DNA of 64,000 nt from Malacoraja senta. Its lineage: Eukaryota. The first letter of the stretch is position 1, and every line of letters begins with the position of its first letter. The notes below the pieces were generated by a model. The model had not been told where the DNA came from. It saw only the letters and a program-made list of their open reading frames with translations, and searched no databases. The translations under genes and the position numbers were made by a program. The stretch spans positions 1,302,001 through 1,366,000 of the forward strand of contig JAXLNO010005841.1 in assembly GCA_038087875.1 (NCBI GenBank). Reading direction: 5' to 3'. Below are positions 39,539 to 52,715 of this stretch, one piece after another.

Positions 39539-41233
39539 CTAGAGAGCGAATTCCAGTTGACCAAAGAAGCTCAGAAAGTCTTCGAGAATTTAAAGGGATC
39601 TTTAATGCAGGCTCCAGCACTAGGTAGGCCACACTACGATAGACCCTTCCAACTTTACTGTACCAGCATCTGACAACGGCTCCTCAAAACAAATATTAAA
39701 TTTATCAATTGAATAATCCAAAACTCAATTCAGACACTGTACAATCTGGCATCTTTCCTCATTTCATCACAATGGGAACAGTGTGGAGGCTGCTGCCTTT
39801 GAGTCACCCTTTTCAGCACAACAGGCTGAGCTGTTCACTTTAATCAGAGCATGTATTGTTGGAAAAGATCTGAGGGTAAACATATATACAGATTCTAGAT
39901 ATGCATGCGGAGTAGTACATGACTTTGGGATAGCTGTGGAGGAATAGAGGATTCCAAACCTCGGCAGAAACTCAAATATCTCATAAGCAATTGGTGACTG
40001 GTCTACTGAAGGCTCTACTGCTAGCTAGACAAATTTCGGTAATGAAGTGTAGCGCTCACACTAAGGGACAGACCCCGATAGACAGAGGGAATCATTGTGC
40101 TGATCAGGCAGCAAAGGAAGTAACCCGGGAACGAAAGGTGCTGGTGACAAAAATGATGAGGCAGATAAAAAGTTCAGGTAACAAATCTCGCTCGGAATAG
40201 CCAATGCCAACCATCCAGGAAATTATTCAGTTGCAGAAAGAAGTTCCTGAAGGGATGTAAGATTGTGGAAACAGCTTGGATGTGCAATAGATTGGATGTG
40301 GGTTACTCCGGCAGGGCAGACTTGTAGGACAGATCTTCTTGCAGCTTGGGTTGTTCAGTGTATGCACTGTGGTACGAGAGCAATTGGTGATGCTCTTTCG
40401 GCTACTTGGTGGCATCCAAGATTACAAACTTTGGCCCAGAAAGTGAGTAGCTGCTGTATTATTTGTCAGAAATATAATCCTGGGAAAGGAGTGCGTTGTG
40501 AAGATGGAAGAACACCTTTGCCCATGGGTCCTTTTGAAACTCTTCAAATGGATTATATCGAGCAGGAGAAGTGCCAAGGAATTTGATTTGTACTTGTGAT
40601 TGTCGATATATTCAGCAGCTGGATCGAGGCCCATCCAACACTTGATAACAAAGCGGCTACTGTTGTCAATGTGCTTATGCGAGAACTTATCCCTAGATTC
40701 GGTATCTTAATTCGGCTTAGTTCTGACAATGGTCCTCATTTTATTGGGCAAATTAATAAAGTATTCTGTGAACAGCTGGGCATCCAACAGCAACTACTCT
40801 GTGCTTATCGACCACAGGCTGCTAGACTTGTCGAAAAGGTCAAATCAGACCCTGAAAACTAAATTAGCTAAATTGAAAGAGGAGACAGGAATTAGTTGGA
40901 TCAAATTGCTCCCTATAGCCAACCAAGTTTCTATCCATATCAGTACCCTATCCCCAATACCATGTGCTCTAATTTTGCTCAATAATCTCCTATGTGGGAC
41001 CGTATCGTAGGCTTTCCAGGTACACTACATCCACTGGCTCTCCCTTATTCATTTTCCTTGTTGCATCCTCAAAAAATTCCAGCAGATTAGTCACTCATGA
41101 TTCCCCCATCGTAAATCCATGCAGACTCGGACCGTTCCTGATACAGCGATCCAAATGTTACAGCACCTGTAGTTCCTTTTGTTTCCTATTGTTCCAGTCC
41201 TTTTTCGGTATTTATTTGCAAATAACATTAGAA

Positions 41234-41269
41234 GGGTCTGAAGAAGGGTCTCGAACCGAAACGTCGCCC
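41234..41269 (+). ncRNA. Minimal type I hammerhead ribozyme motif
   Basis: GGGT-CTGAAGA-A-GGGT(CTCG)AACC-GAAA-C-GTC-GCCC: intact core, 4-bp stem I, one mismatch in stem II. Confidence 0.6.
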
Positions 41270-42390
41270 ATTTCTTCTCTCTAGAGATGCCGCCTCACCC
41301 GCTGATTTACACCATCAATATGTGTTTACATTAGAATGAAACATATGTCCAATACACCACACAACGCTCCACGTCTCTTCAATTACTTCCGTTTTCCAGG
41401 CCCCCATTCCCTCATATTTACCACGGATGTCCAGTCTCTCTGCACGTCCATCCCCCACCATGAATATCTTAAATGTCTATTCCTCGGCCGCAGAACCAGC
41501 CAATTCTACTAATACTCTCCACCGCCTAGCAGAGCTGGTCATCACCCTGAACAACTTCTCCTTCGACTGCTCCCGCATCCTCCAAATCCACGTCGTAGCT
41601 ATGGGCACTCGTATGGGCCCCAGCTATGCCTGCCTCTTTGTAGAGTACGTCGAACAATCACTGTCCAAGGCGTACACTTGCTCTATCCCCGAACTCTACC
41701 TCCGCTACATTGACGACTGCATCGGTGCTCCCTCCAGCACCCATCAAGAACTCACTGATTTAATCAAGTTCACAACTAATTTAAATCCTGCACTCACATT
41801 GGAACATCTCCGACATCTCTCTACCGTTTCTGGATTTCACCGACTCCAAAACAGGAGACAGATTACTGACCGACATCTACTACAAACCCAGTGACTCCCA
41901 TAGCTATCCAGACTACACTTCTTCCCACCCTGCTTCCTGTAACGATTGTATCCCCTACTCCCAATTCTTCTGTCTAAACTGCATCTGCGCCCAGGATGAG
42001 GTTTTCAACACCAGATCATCGGAGATTTCCTCATTCTTGAGGAAACGGGGGGGTCACCTCTTCCATTATAGATGAGGCTCACACCAGGGTCTCCACGATA
42101 TCCCGCAGCTCCGCTATTGCTCCCCGTCCACCCATTCGAAACAAGGACTGAGACCCCTTGTCCTCACCTTCCACACCATCAACCGTCGCATACATCATAT
42201 AATCCTCCACCAACACGTTCACCACCTTCAACGGGATCCCACTACTGGCCACAGCTTCCCATCTCCACCACTTTTTGCTTTCCGCTGAGATCGTTCCCTC
42301 TGCAACTCGCTGATCAATGCGTCACTTCCCATCCAAACCAGCCCCTCCCCAGGTACTTTCGCCTGCAAGCGCAGGAGATGCAACACCTGG
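41234..42390 (+). mobile_element. Penelope-like element: pLTR with hammerhead motif and RT fragment
   Basis: AMGTRMGPSYACLF and LRYIDDC (YIDD 41706-41717) are typical PLE RT motifs. Confidence 0.88.
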
Positions 42391-42723
42391 CCCATGTGTC
42401 TGATCATTGAATGACTTAATATCGAGAGTCATACCACACTGAAACATGCCCTTCGGCCCAGTTCATCCAGTTCATCAAGACGCCCCATCTACGCTCGTGG
42501 CCTTATCCAGCATGTGGCCCAAACCCCTCTAAACGTTTGCTATATATGTGCCAACCCGTCTTTACAACGTTGTTCTGCTACCTACCTCGATTAATTCCTC
42601 TGGCAGCTCGTTTCATATACCAAACACCCTGTGTGAAAGTTAGGAGAGGGAGGTTGGGAGATACATTTTGAGAGGCATAGATCTGAGAGGCATACATTTT
42701 GAGAGGCATAGGCAGCCACCACC

Positions 42724-43400
42724 TGGGGCGCAGCACGATTGGCAGCCCCGCCAACATTCTGTCTGTTTTTTCGTCTTTTTTTTAGTTTCAGTGTGCTTTA
42801 AAATTTGTGTAAATGTTCTCCGGCTTGTTTTATGTGAGGGGAGGGGGAGGGGGGAGGGGGAAACTTTCTTCTTCTCTCTCTTACATTGCCGGAGATGCGA
42901 TTGTTTTCAGGATCGTATCTCCGGTCGTTCTCCGCCCTTAAATCGATGCAGCTGGAAGCCTCCTCGGACTCGGATCGAAGCCTGCGGAATTTACCATCGA
43001 GCTCGCAGTCTCGGAAGAGGCCGAGTCGGGAGGTCCATAGACGCAGAGGCTCAACCATTCCGGCACCGGGGTCCGATCGCCGACGCGGGGGAGCTGACAT
43101 CCCCTCGATGCAGGAGCTGATCGTCCCGATGCGGAGAGCCCAAAGGCCGCCGGCTACGGGGGGTCAAGATCGTCCCGTCAACGGAGGGCTCGAGGCCGCC
43201 AACCGAGGGAGAGCAAAGAAGGGAAGAGATTGAACTTTTTTCGCCTTCTGTCACAGTGAAGAATGTGGAGGAGTCACTGTGGTGGATGTTTATGTTAAAA
43301 TGTGTTTTGTGTTTTCCGTTGATTTTTATTTGTATGACAGACTTGCTAAATACAATTCCACGTATGTTGCAAAACATACTTGGCTAATAAAATGTTATTG
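42724..43400 (+). mobile_element. Non-coding GC-rich retroposon-like insert, copy B
   Basis: Same head, T-tract, G-tract, stem-loop and tail architecture as copy A. Confidence 0.75.
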
Positions 43401-44060
43401 AATGCAATTTCTTTATCTTTCATTCAAAAATACGTTTGAACGAAATTTCGTTTTACCATGCAGTCATAAGAATAAAAAAGCAACAAAACACACAATTTAA
43501 CCAAAACACCCATCACAGAGACTCTCCTCCAGGCACCTCCTCACTGTGATGGGAGGCAAAATGGTGTTATCTCTTCCTTGCTTCTTCTCCCGCGAGCAGG
43601 CAGTCTAACTGCTGCGTCGAGGCGACCGGGGCTCCCGATATTGTAGCCACCGCCGGGCGATGGACGATCCCGCGGCCGATTATAAACCGCACCAAGCGAT
43701 CAAAGGCACTGTGAACGGGCCAATTCAAGCCTCACCATTCGGGGCGGACGAAGCTGCTGTTGCGGGAGCTCCCGAAAATCGGTCGCCAACCAGGGCCCTG
43801 CAAGCTCCAGATGTCACAGTCCACAGGGCCCGCGGCCGAAGCCTCCGAAGCCTCCGAAGTCAAGTCGCAGCCGCAGCGCCACCACAGCATCCGAATGTCA
43901 GCCAGCTCCGCGATGGTAATTTCACAGTCTCTGCGACCGGAGGCCTCAAGGTCGATTCCAGTTGGAGGCCGCCAACTCCTCGATGTTAGGCCTCAGCGCG
44001 AACGCAGATACGACAGGGAAAAAGGTCACATCTGCGTTGAAGAAAGAGATTAAAAACAGT
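43401..44060 (-). mobile_element. Non-coding GC-rich retroposon-like insert, copy C (head truncated)
   Basis: Antisense tail and stem-loops homologous to copies A and B. Confidence 0.72.
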
Positions 44061-47000
44061 CTCAGATTACCAATATTGCGTTTAACTCCATGTGAGAACT
44101 ATTAGCTTCCACTCAGAGTGTGTGCAGTACAATTCCAGTTACAAGGCGCAGCAGGGGCGGCGCAGTGGCTTAGGCCCTGCACAGTGGTGTAGCGGTAGAG
44201 ATGCTGTCTTACAGCGACAGAGACACGAGTTTGATTCTGACTACGGATACTGTCTGTACGGAATATGTATTGTCTCCCCAGGGCCGCGTAGGTTTTCGCC
44301 GTGTGTTCCGATTTCCTCGTCAACTCCAAGACGCCCGGGTTTGTAGGTTATTTGGTTTTGGTAAACATTGTAAAGTGTTCCTAGTTTGTCGGATAGTGTT
44401 AATGCATCGGGGTGATTGATTATCGACCCAGATTCTGCGTGCCCATGTGGCTGTTTACGCGCTGTACTTCTCAAGTGCAAAGTCTAAAGTACCTGCTGAC
44501 GTGGTCAAAGTCTTGTTTGTTACTGTAGAATTGTTCTTTACCAAGGGTATGTCAGCTCACTGACAAGGCATGTACCAAGACTGTCTCGGGCCAGAACCGA
44601 CGTTCAGTACAAGGTAAGAACACGGAATATATTGGGGAACGGCACGGTATTAATAATACGGCAACGACCAACTCGGTGTTGCTCGAATTGCTTGAAAGTG
44701 TCGATAGGATTAATCGTCGATTTATAACTAAATAAGCGTTAAGAAATTATCGAGTCATAGAGCGTGAAAACAGCCATTCGGCCTAACTTTCCCATTTCGG
44801 CCAACATATTCCAGACACACTAGTTTCACCTGCCTGCGTTTGGCCCATATCCATCTAAGCCTGTCCTATACACGCATCTGTCCAATGTTTCTCAAACGTT
44901 GCGATAGTCCCAGCCTCAACTACCTCTTCTGGCAGATCGTTCCATACGCCAACCACCCCATTGTGTGGATTATCTGGAATGTTGCGACACCGATAATCCA
45001 TCTTTGATTTTCTCAAGAAGAGGGGGACGAGGGATGACCGCGGAGGGTGTATAAAATCGCAGATAAGGTAATTGGCACAGGATAAGGCTGTATTAAACTA
45101 AAGGGCACACGTTTGATGCGAGAGGGGACAGATATAAAGGCGATATTAAAGGTACGTTTACAACACAGAAGGCAATGTGTATGTGGAAGAGGCTATCAGA
45201 TGATTTGGCTGAGGTGGGTACAATAAGTGGTTAAAACGTTTGGACAGATACATGGACAGGAACATTGAGGAATATGAGGCAAACGCAGGAAATGGGTTTA
45301 GCACTGGATCGCTACCTGAGCTACCAGAAAATTGGCATTGGTTCAATAAGATTAGAGTTTAACGTCGGCTCAGAAATTGGTGTGAAAGAAATGGGGTTGA
45401 ATTCGTGGGGAAGAGATTGGTGTGGGAGATGTGGGATTAATATTAACATCAGTATTGGGGAAGGAAGGACAGACCTCGCCTGAAACCTACTGAGCCCAGG
45501 GAACTGACGAATAGCATACATCGGCTCTAAGTATGCTTTCAACTAAACAACGGAAAGTTGTGGTGGGGGGGGGGGGGCGGTGGGGGGTAAGAGACTACAA
45601 AGAATGGGCAATATTAAAGGGAAGCAGAGCGGAGGAAGGAGTACTGGAGTCTCAGGAATAAAATGTAAGGCGTAAGTTGAGAAAGGGATAAGAGTGTAAC
45701 GTTTGGCAACATCGGAACGGAGTCTAGAAGAGGGGTAAATAAAACAGTACAGAAGGTTTTATATTTGAATGTACGCCGTAGAAACACGGTGTTTGAGCTC
45801 ATATGTGGTCAGAAAATGGCAGAATTCCCATTGTGGGCATCACAGACTCACGGTTGAAAGAGAATCAGAGCAGCTGGCTTACCACGCAAGGACACAAATC
45901 CTATGAAAGGCAGTCAGATGGGCGAGCGAATGGGCGGCTCTGTTCGTGACTACTGTAGTCCAGTGCTCAATAACAAATCACATAAGTTCAGAAAAATATT
46001 GAATTCCTGAGAGGAGATTTGAGAAACTGCAAGGCTAATAAGACCCTGATTGGACATATGTGCAGGGCTCAGAATAGAGCTCATGGTGTATGGCATAAGG
46101 TGCATCATGTTGGATTTCAATATGCAGGCAGGCTCGGACATGACGCTGGTGCTGGAACCCACGAAAATTACTTTAAAGATGGCCTATGAAATTGCGCATT
46201 AGATCAACTCGTATTTCAGCCCACTAGTGAAATGGCAATTTTGAACCTAGTGTTATGTAATGAACCTGATGTAATTTGGGGCTAAAGGTAAAGAAACCAC
46301 ACGGAGGCTGTGGTCATAATATGAAATAATTCAACTATACTCTGACAGGGAATGGCTGAAATCGTATGTATCGGTATACGGTTAAGTAATGGCTTGGCGG
46401 AGAAATTTGCTAAATTTGATTGGTACGAGACTCGAGCTAAAATGACACGAGAGCAGCAATGAGGAGAGGAGATTCAGCGAGTAATTCGGAAGACGCAGGA
46501 TCTTTTCATCCCGAAGAAGAAAAACTGACCAAGTGGAGAACAAGGCAACCGGTGCTGACAAAGGATGCCAAAGGTAGCATAAAAGCAAAAGGAAAGGCAT
46601 ACAATATAGCAAAGTGTACCGATAGACTAGACGATGAACTACCGATATTGGTTGACGGAATATTGGCGTAGGCTATTTTCTAAATGTGGAATGGATTCAA
46701 CAATCGAGATGAAAAGGGATTTGAACGTTCCGGTGCAAAGATCCCAAAGGATGAATTTATAGGTTGGGTCGGTAGTACAGAAGGCAAATGCAATGTTAGC
46801 ATACATTTCGAGAGGACTGGAATATAAATCGAAGATGTACTGGCGAGGGTGTATAGGCCGTTATCAGAGCACATTTGGGAGATATGCTGGCGTTGACGAA
46901 TGTCCATGAAGTTTACGAGAATGATTGGGTTAACGTATGAGGAGTGTTGATAGCTCAGGCCCTTTACTCTGGAGTTTTGGTAGATTGAGGGACGATCTCA

Positions 47001-50000
47001 TTGAACGTCACCATATAACCAAAGGACGATACAGAGTGGACATGGAAAGGATATATCTGATAGTTGTGTGTAGTAAAGCACCATATGGCACAACATCTTA
47101 ATAAAAGGATATACCTTTAGAAGAGAGACGGGATTTGTTTAGCCAGATCTTTGTGAATCCGTGGAAGCTATTGCCACCGGCGGCTGAGGAAGCAGTCATT
47201 GGGTAACTTCAAAGAGGAGGTTGGCAGATTCTTTATTAGCAAGGACTTTTCATTGTTATTGGGAGAAATCAGGAGAATAGGGTTGAGAGGAAAATGATCA
47301 GCCATTTTAACTCCGAAATGTAGAGCAAACTCCATGAACAAATTGGCTAATTCTGCGGTTATTCGTACCATCTAACCCGCTTCACCACCATCCCCATCAT
47401 TCCTGCCAAGGGGGCGACCGAATCCAAGCCAGTATTTTTGCGTGAACGCCGCCTTATAGCTGCTTTTTTCTCAAGGTGACCATGCTGATCACTACAAGCT
47501 CCTGCGGCGGGCAGGGTGTGGGGCAAATGTGGAATGTGGTCAAAGTCCTGTTTACTATCCTAATCAGGAACTGTTATTTCCTTCGCATGTGCTCCTTGCT
47601 TGCTCACCGTGATGGCAGATAAAGCTGAATTACATAGGATGTGAGCAACAACCAACAAGAGCTCAATACCAGGCAAGATCACAGAATATATTGGCCGATT
47701 TAACTGTTTACTGCAAACCAAATCATCCAGCACAATGAACCTGTGTAGTGGTTCGATTATCTCGATAAATCAGGGAAGTAATAATTGACCTGCAGGTAAA
47801 TAGTTGAAAAATTACCATTTACTTCCAGGAAAAATGTACGTTAAATATCCCTGAAGCAATCTCGCCGTCGATAGAGAATCATATATGTTTAGGGGGGTTT
47901 TGTCATTCCCAAGAATGTCGCGTTTCCGTAGGGTCCAGTTGCACTTTCAATTACGACTCAGATGGGAACAGACACTTAGAACATCTCATAGAGCAGTAGT
48001 GAGTTTCTCAAAAAAGACGGTTCATTCAAGCCTTTAGCAGTACACACTGGGAAACACTCTAAGACGCTAACGTGTTTAATAGATTCGCAGCACAATACTA
48101 TTCTTATATTCCCACGACACAATGGGTATTTGTGGATTATACTCCCTTGAAACAATTCACAATTGATTAATAATTCTGTATCTTTCATTCGTAATATCCC
48201 CAAAATTACCTTTTAACTTCTGTTTCCGTTACTGCACTATGTTTGTGCTCAACATGATGCCGCGTTAAACTGCTGTCATCTGCCTCTATATGATCCATAT
48301 TTCTCAACTTCTTGCATCCCACACGCCTACCAAAAAGACTTTTAAACGCCACTATTGTTTCTGCACCTACAACCACCATTGGCAATGCGTTCAAGGTTCC
48401 CACCACTTTCTATAAGAAAACTTGCCCCGCATATCTCAATTAAACCCGCTCTCATCTAATAGGTATGCCTACATGGGCATTTCCACCTGGGAGAAGGATT
48501 CTGACTGTCGATCTATTTTCTATAATTCTTACAAGTCATACACCAATCTCCAAGTTACGAAGAAAACAATTCAAGTATGTTGTCAAGCTGGAAAGGTTGT
48601 TGTCAAGATGGAAAGGGAATATTTACGAGGACGTTGCCAGGACAAGAGGGTCTGTGTTATAGAGAGAGGTTGAGTAGGTTGGGACTGTTCCTTGGAGCAC
48701 AGGAGGATGAGGCTAATCATATTGAGGTGTATATAATCATGAGAGGAATAAATCTTGAGGATTCACGGAGTCTCTTTTCCAGAGTAGGTGAATCGAGGAC
48801 CAGATGACATATGTTTAATGTGAAGGGGAAACTTATTGAATAGGAGTCTTAATAGGGTAACTTTTTCACACAATGGGTGGTGGGTGTATGGAACAAGCTG
48901 TGTGAGAGAGGTCGTTGAGGCAGGGAATATCCCAACATTTAAGAAAAAGTTAGACATGCACATGGATAGGAAAGGTTTGATGAGACATGGGCCAAACACG
49001 GGCAGCTGTGACATGTTGGCTGGTGTGGGCAAGTTCGGCCGCGTGGCCTGTTTCCACACTGTATCACTATGATTCTATGCCTCAATGACTCTATCAATGT
49101 AGCAGAATCCCACTAGTCTCGGCAACAATCTTGTAAAGCCCACCTGCATCCTCTCCAAGACCAACAAGTCTTTAATGCAAATAGCCAACCAGAACTGCAC
49201 CCAATACTCTAAATGCGGCCCACCCAAAGTCCTTTGGAACTGCTTCCTGACATCCTAAGCATTATACTCAATTTCCAGAGGAATGAAGGCAAACCACACG
49301 TATTCTGTACCACTTATTGACTTGTGCTGCCACATGTGGGGATGTAGGAACTTCACATCCAAGACCCCATTGTACATCAATGATGTTGAGGGTTTCATCA
49401 TTAACTACATATTCTCTTCCTCCATTCAACCTCCCAAAGTACGACACCTCACACTTGCTCGGATTAAACTCCATTTGCCTTTTCTCCGCCTATTTATTCG
49501 GTCGATCTATAACCCGCTGCAGCTTTTGACAGCATGCCTCATTGTCTGCAACTTCTCCAATTTTCGTGTCGTCGGCAAACGTACACACCAACGTACTTAA
49601 TGGACGTCTAGGTCTTTAATATATACTAATGAGAGGTTATTGTCGAGTTTGGGGAAAATGATAAAAGTAGGTTTGATCCATCAGTGACGTTCGTCCATGT
49701 CCTTGGTTCGGGTGCCATCCCCGGCGCGCTCGGCGGAAATGACGGCCCTCGTCCTGTAGGGGGACTGGAGCGGCACAGAAACCCTCACATTCTTTAGAAT
49801 GGAATAAATCCTCCCTAATGCCTGATTAACAGATAGTCGGCAGGATTAGAACAAACTTTGACACGACAAGCCTCGCTCTTGATAAAACAGACTCTCCAAA
49901 CCTCACGGTGCGGTGTAGGTGCCACATTGTGTATTATCGTAGAGTCATAGATTCGTAGAGTCGTAGAGCACGCAAATAATACATTCTGCCGAACCTTTCC

Positions 50001-50822
50001 ATGCGGACAACTGCTCCATCTAAATTAGATCCACTTTTCCCACGTTTGCCCAACATGCCTCTGCACCTTCCCTCTCCATGCACTTGTCAGAATATATTGT
50101 ATATGTGATAATTGTCGCTACCTCTACTACTTTCTCTGACAATTCGTTCGAGATACCCACCATCCTCTGTGGGGAAATGTTGCCACTCGTGTACATGTTG
50201 CGTCTTCCCCCTCCCAACATAACTATGTCTTCTAGTGTTGGAGATATCCATCTTGGGAAAGGTTTCTGACGGTCAACTCTATCTATGCCACGAGTAATTG
50301 CATATATTTTTATCACTTCTCCCCTCAATTTCTGCCGTTCGAGAGATAACAACCCAAGTTAACGACCCCCTCGACAACAACACGGTGTTACTCGCTGTAT
50401 TCTGTATATGATCCTTGACCTTCAGTTGGAAATCGGGCGCCCTATAATATATTCACTTTAAAATAATTGCTCCTTTCTTAGTTTAGACACCAACCCATCA
50501 CGTCTCAGTCGACGAACCCTCCAGTATGTCATCTCTGAATACCGTCATGGCATTTTCATTGATTAACGAAATTATTCGTTCATTTTAGTTTTTAGTTTTA
50601 GAGAAACAGCGCGGAAACCGGCCCGACGGCCAGCGAGTCCGCATTGACCAGTGATGCCCGCACACTAACGCTATCCGTCACACACTATGGACAATCATAC
50701 CAAACAAATTAACCTAAAAGCCTGTACGCCTTTGGAGTGCGGGAGAAAACAGAAGATCTATGATATAACTCACACAGGTCACGGAGAGAACGTACAAACT
50801 CTGTACAGAGACGTACAGTCCT

Positions 50823-52715
50823 TTAGAAACATAGAAACATAGAAAATAGTTCCAGGAATAGGCCATTCGGCCCTTCGAGACTGCAGCGCCATTTAATATG
50901 ATCATGGCTGATAATCCAACTCAGTATCCCGTACCTGCCCTCTCTCGATACCCCCTGATCCCTTTAGCCACAAGGGCCACAACTAACTCCCTCTTAAATA
51001 TAGCCAATGAACCGGCCTCAACTACTTTCTGTGGCAGAGAATTCCACAAATTCACCACTCTCTGTGTGAAAAAAAAAATCCGCATCTCGGTCCTAAAAGA
51101 CTTCCCCCTTATCCTTAAACTGTGACCCCTTGTTCTGGACATCCCCAACATCGGGAACTGTCTTTTTGCATCTAGCCTGTCCAACCCCTTAAGAATTTTG
51201 TAAGTTTCTATAAGATCCCCCCTCAATCTTCTAAATTCCAGCGAGTACAAGTCGAGTCTATCCAGTCTTTCTTCATATGAAAGTCCTGCCATCCCAGGAA
51301 TCAGTCTGGTAAACCTTCTCTGTACTCCCTCTATGGCAAGAATGTCTTTCCGCAGATTAGGAGACCAAAATTGTACGCAATACACTAGGTATGGTCTCAC
51401 CAAGACCCTGTACAACCTCCCTGCTCCTAAAATCAAATCCTTTTGCTATGAATGCTAACATACCATTCGCTTTCTTCACTTCCTGCTGCACTTGCATGCC
51501 TACTTTCAATGACCGGTGTACCATGACACCCAGGTCTCGTTGCATCTCCCCTTTTCCTAATCGGCCGCTATTCAGATAATAGTCTACTTTCCTGTTATTG
51601 CCACCAAAGTGGATAACCTCACATTTATCCACATTATAATGCATCTGCCATGCATTTTCCCACTCATCCAACCTATCCAAGTCACCTTGCAGCCTCCTAG
51701 CATCCTCCTCACAGCTAACACTGCTCCCCAGCTTCGTGTCATCCGCAAATTTGGAGATTTTGCATTCAATTCCCTCGTCCAAATTATTAATATATATTGT
51801 AAAGAGCTGGGGTCCCAGCACTGAGCCTTGTGGTACCCCACTAATCACTTCCTGCCATTCTGAAAAGGACCCGTTTTACTCCTACTCTTTGCTTACTGTC
51901 TGCCAGCCAGTTCTCTATCCACATCTATACTGAACCCCCAATACCGTGTGCTTTAAGTTTGCATACTAATCTCTTATGTGGGACCTTGTCTAAAGCCTTC
52001 TGAAAGTCCAGATATAACACATCCACTGGTTCTCCCTTATCCACTCTACTAGTTACATCCTCGAAAAATTCTATAAGGTTCGTCTGACATGATTTACCTT
52101 TCATATATCCATTCTGACTTTGTCCAATGATTTCACCACTTTCCAAAAGTGCTGCTATCCCATCTTTAATAACTGACTCTAGCATTGTCCCCACTACCGA
52201 TGTTAGACTAACTGGTCTGTAATTCCCCTTTTTCTCTCTCCCTCCCTTTTTAAAAAGTGGGATTACATTAACTACCCTCCAATCCTCAGGAACTACTCCA
52301 GAATCTATAGAACATTGGAAATTATCACTAATGTATCCACTATTTCTGGGGCTACTTCCTTAAGCACTCTGGGATGGAGCCTATCTGGCCCTGGGGATTT
52401 GTCGGCCTTTAATCCATTCAATTTACCTAACACCACTTCCCGACTAACCTGGATTTCACTCAGTTCCTCCATCTCATTCGACCCCCGGTCCCCTGCTATT
52501 TCCGGCAGATTATTTATGTCTTCCTTAATAAAGACAGAACCAAAGTGGTTGTTCAATCGGTCTGCCATGTCCTTGTTTTAACGAATCTGTTCATCTTTTT
52601 CTCTTCACATATCTATAAAAACGTTTGCAGTCAGTTTTTATGTTCCTTGACAGTTTTCTTTCTTAAATTTATTTTCCCTTTCCTAATTAAGCCCTTTGTC
52701 CTCCTCTGCTTACCC
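50823..52715 (-). mobile_element. CR1 LINE, 5'-truncated ORF2 with (AGAAACAT)n tail
   Basis: KSPGPD, KFADD and LEFRRLRGDLIETYK in the antisense ORFs. Confidence 0.93.

Larger units (their letters stand above)
36156..40918 (+). mobile_element. Class I (gamma/epsilon-like) endogenous retrovirus remnant: gag end and pol (RT, RNase H, IN)
   Basis: CCHC knuckle CYPCGELGHWSREC (36299-36340); YNTPI..YRLVQDLR; YVDD (37833-37844); SAQQAEL/NIYTDS RNase H; IN motifs LQMDY and SSDNGPHF. Multiple stops and frameshifts; no LTR or env seen. Confidence 0.9.
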
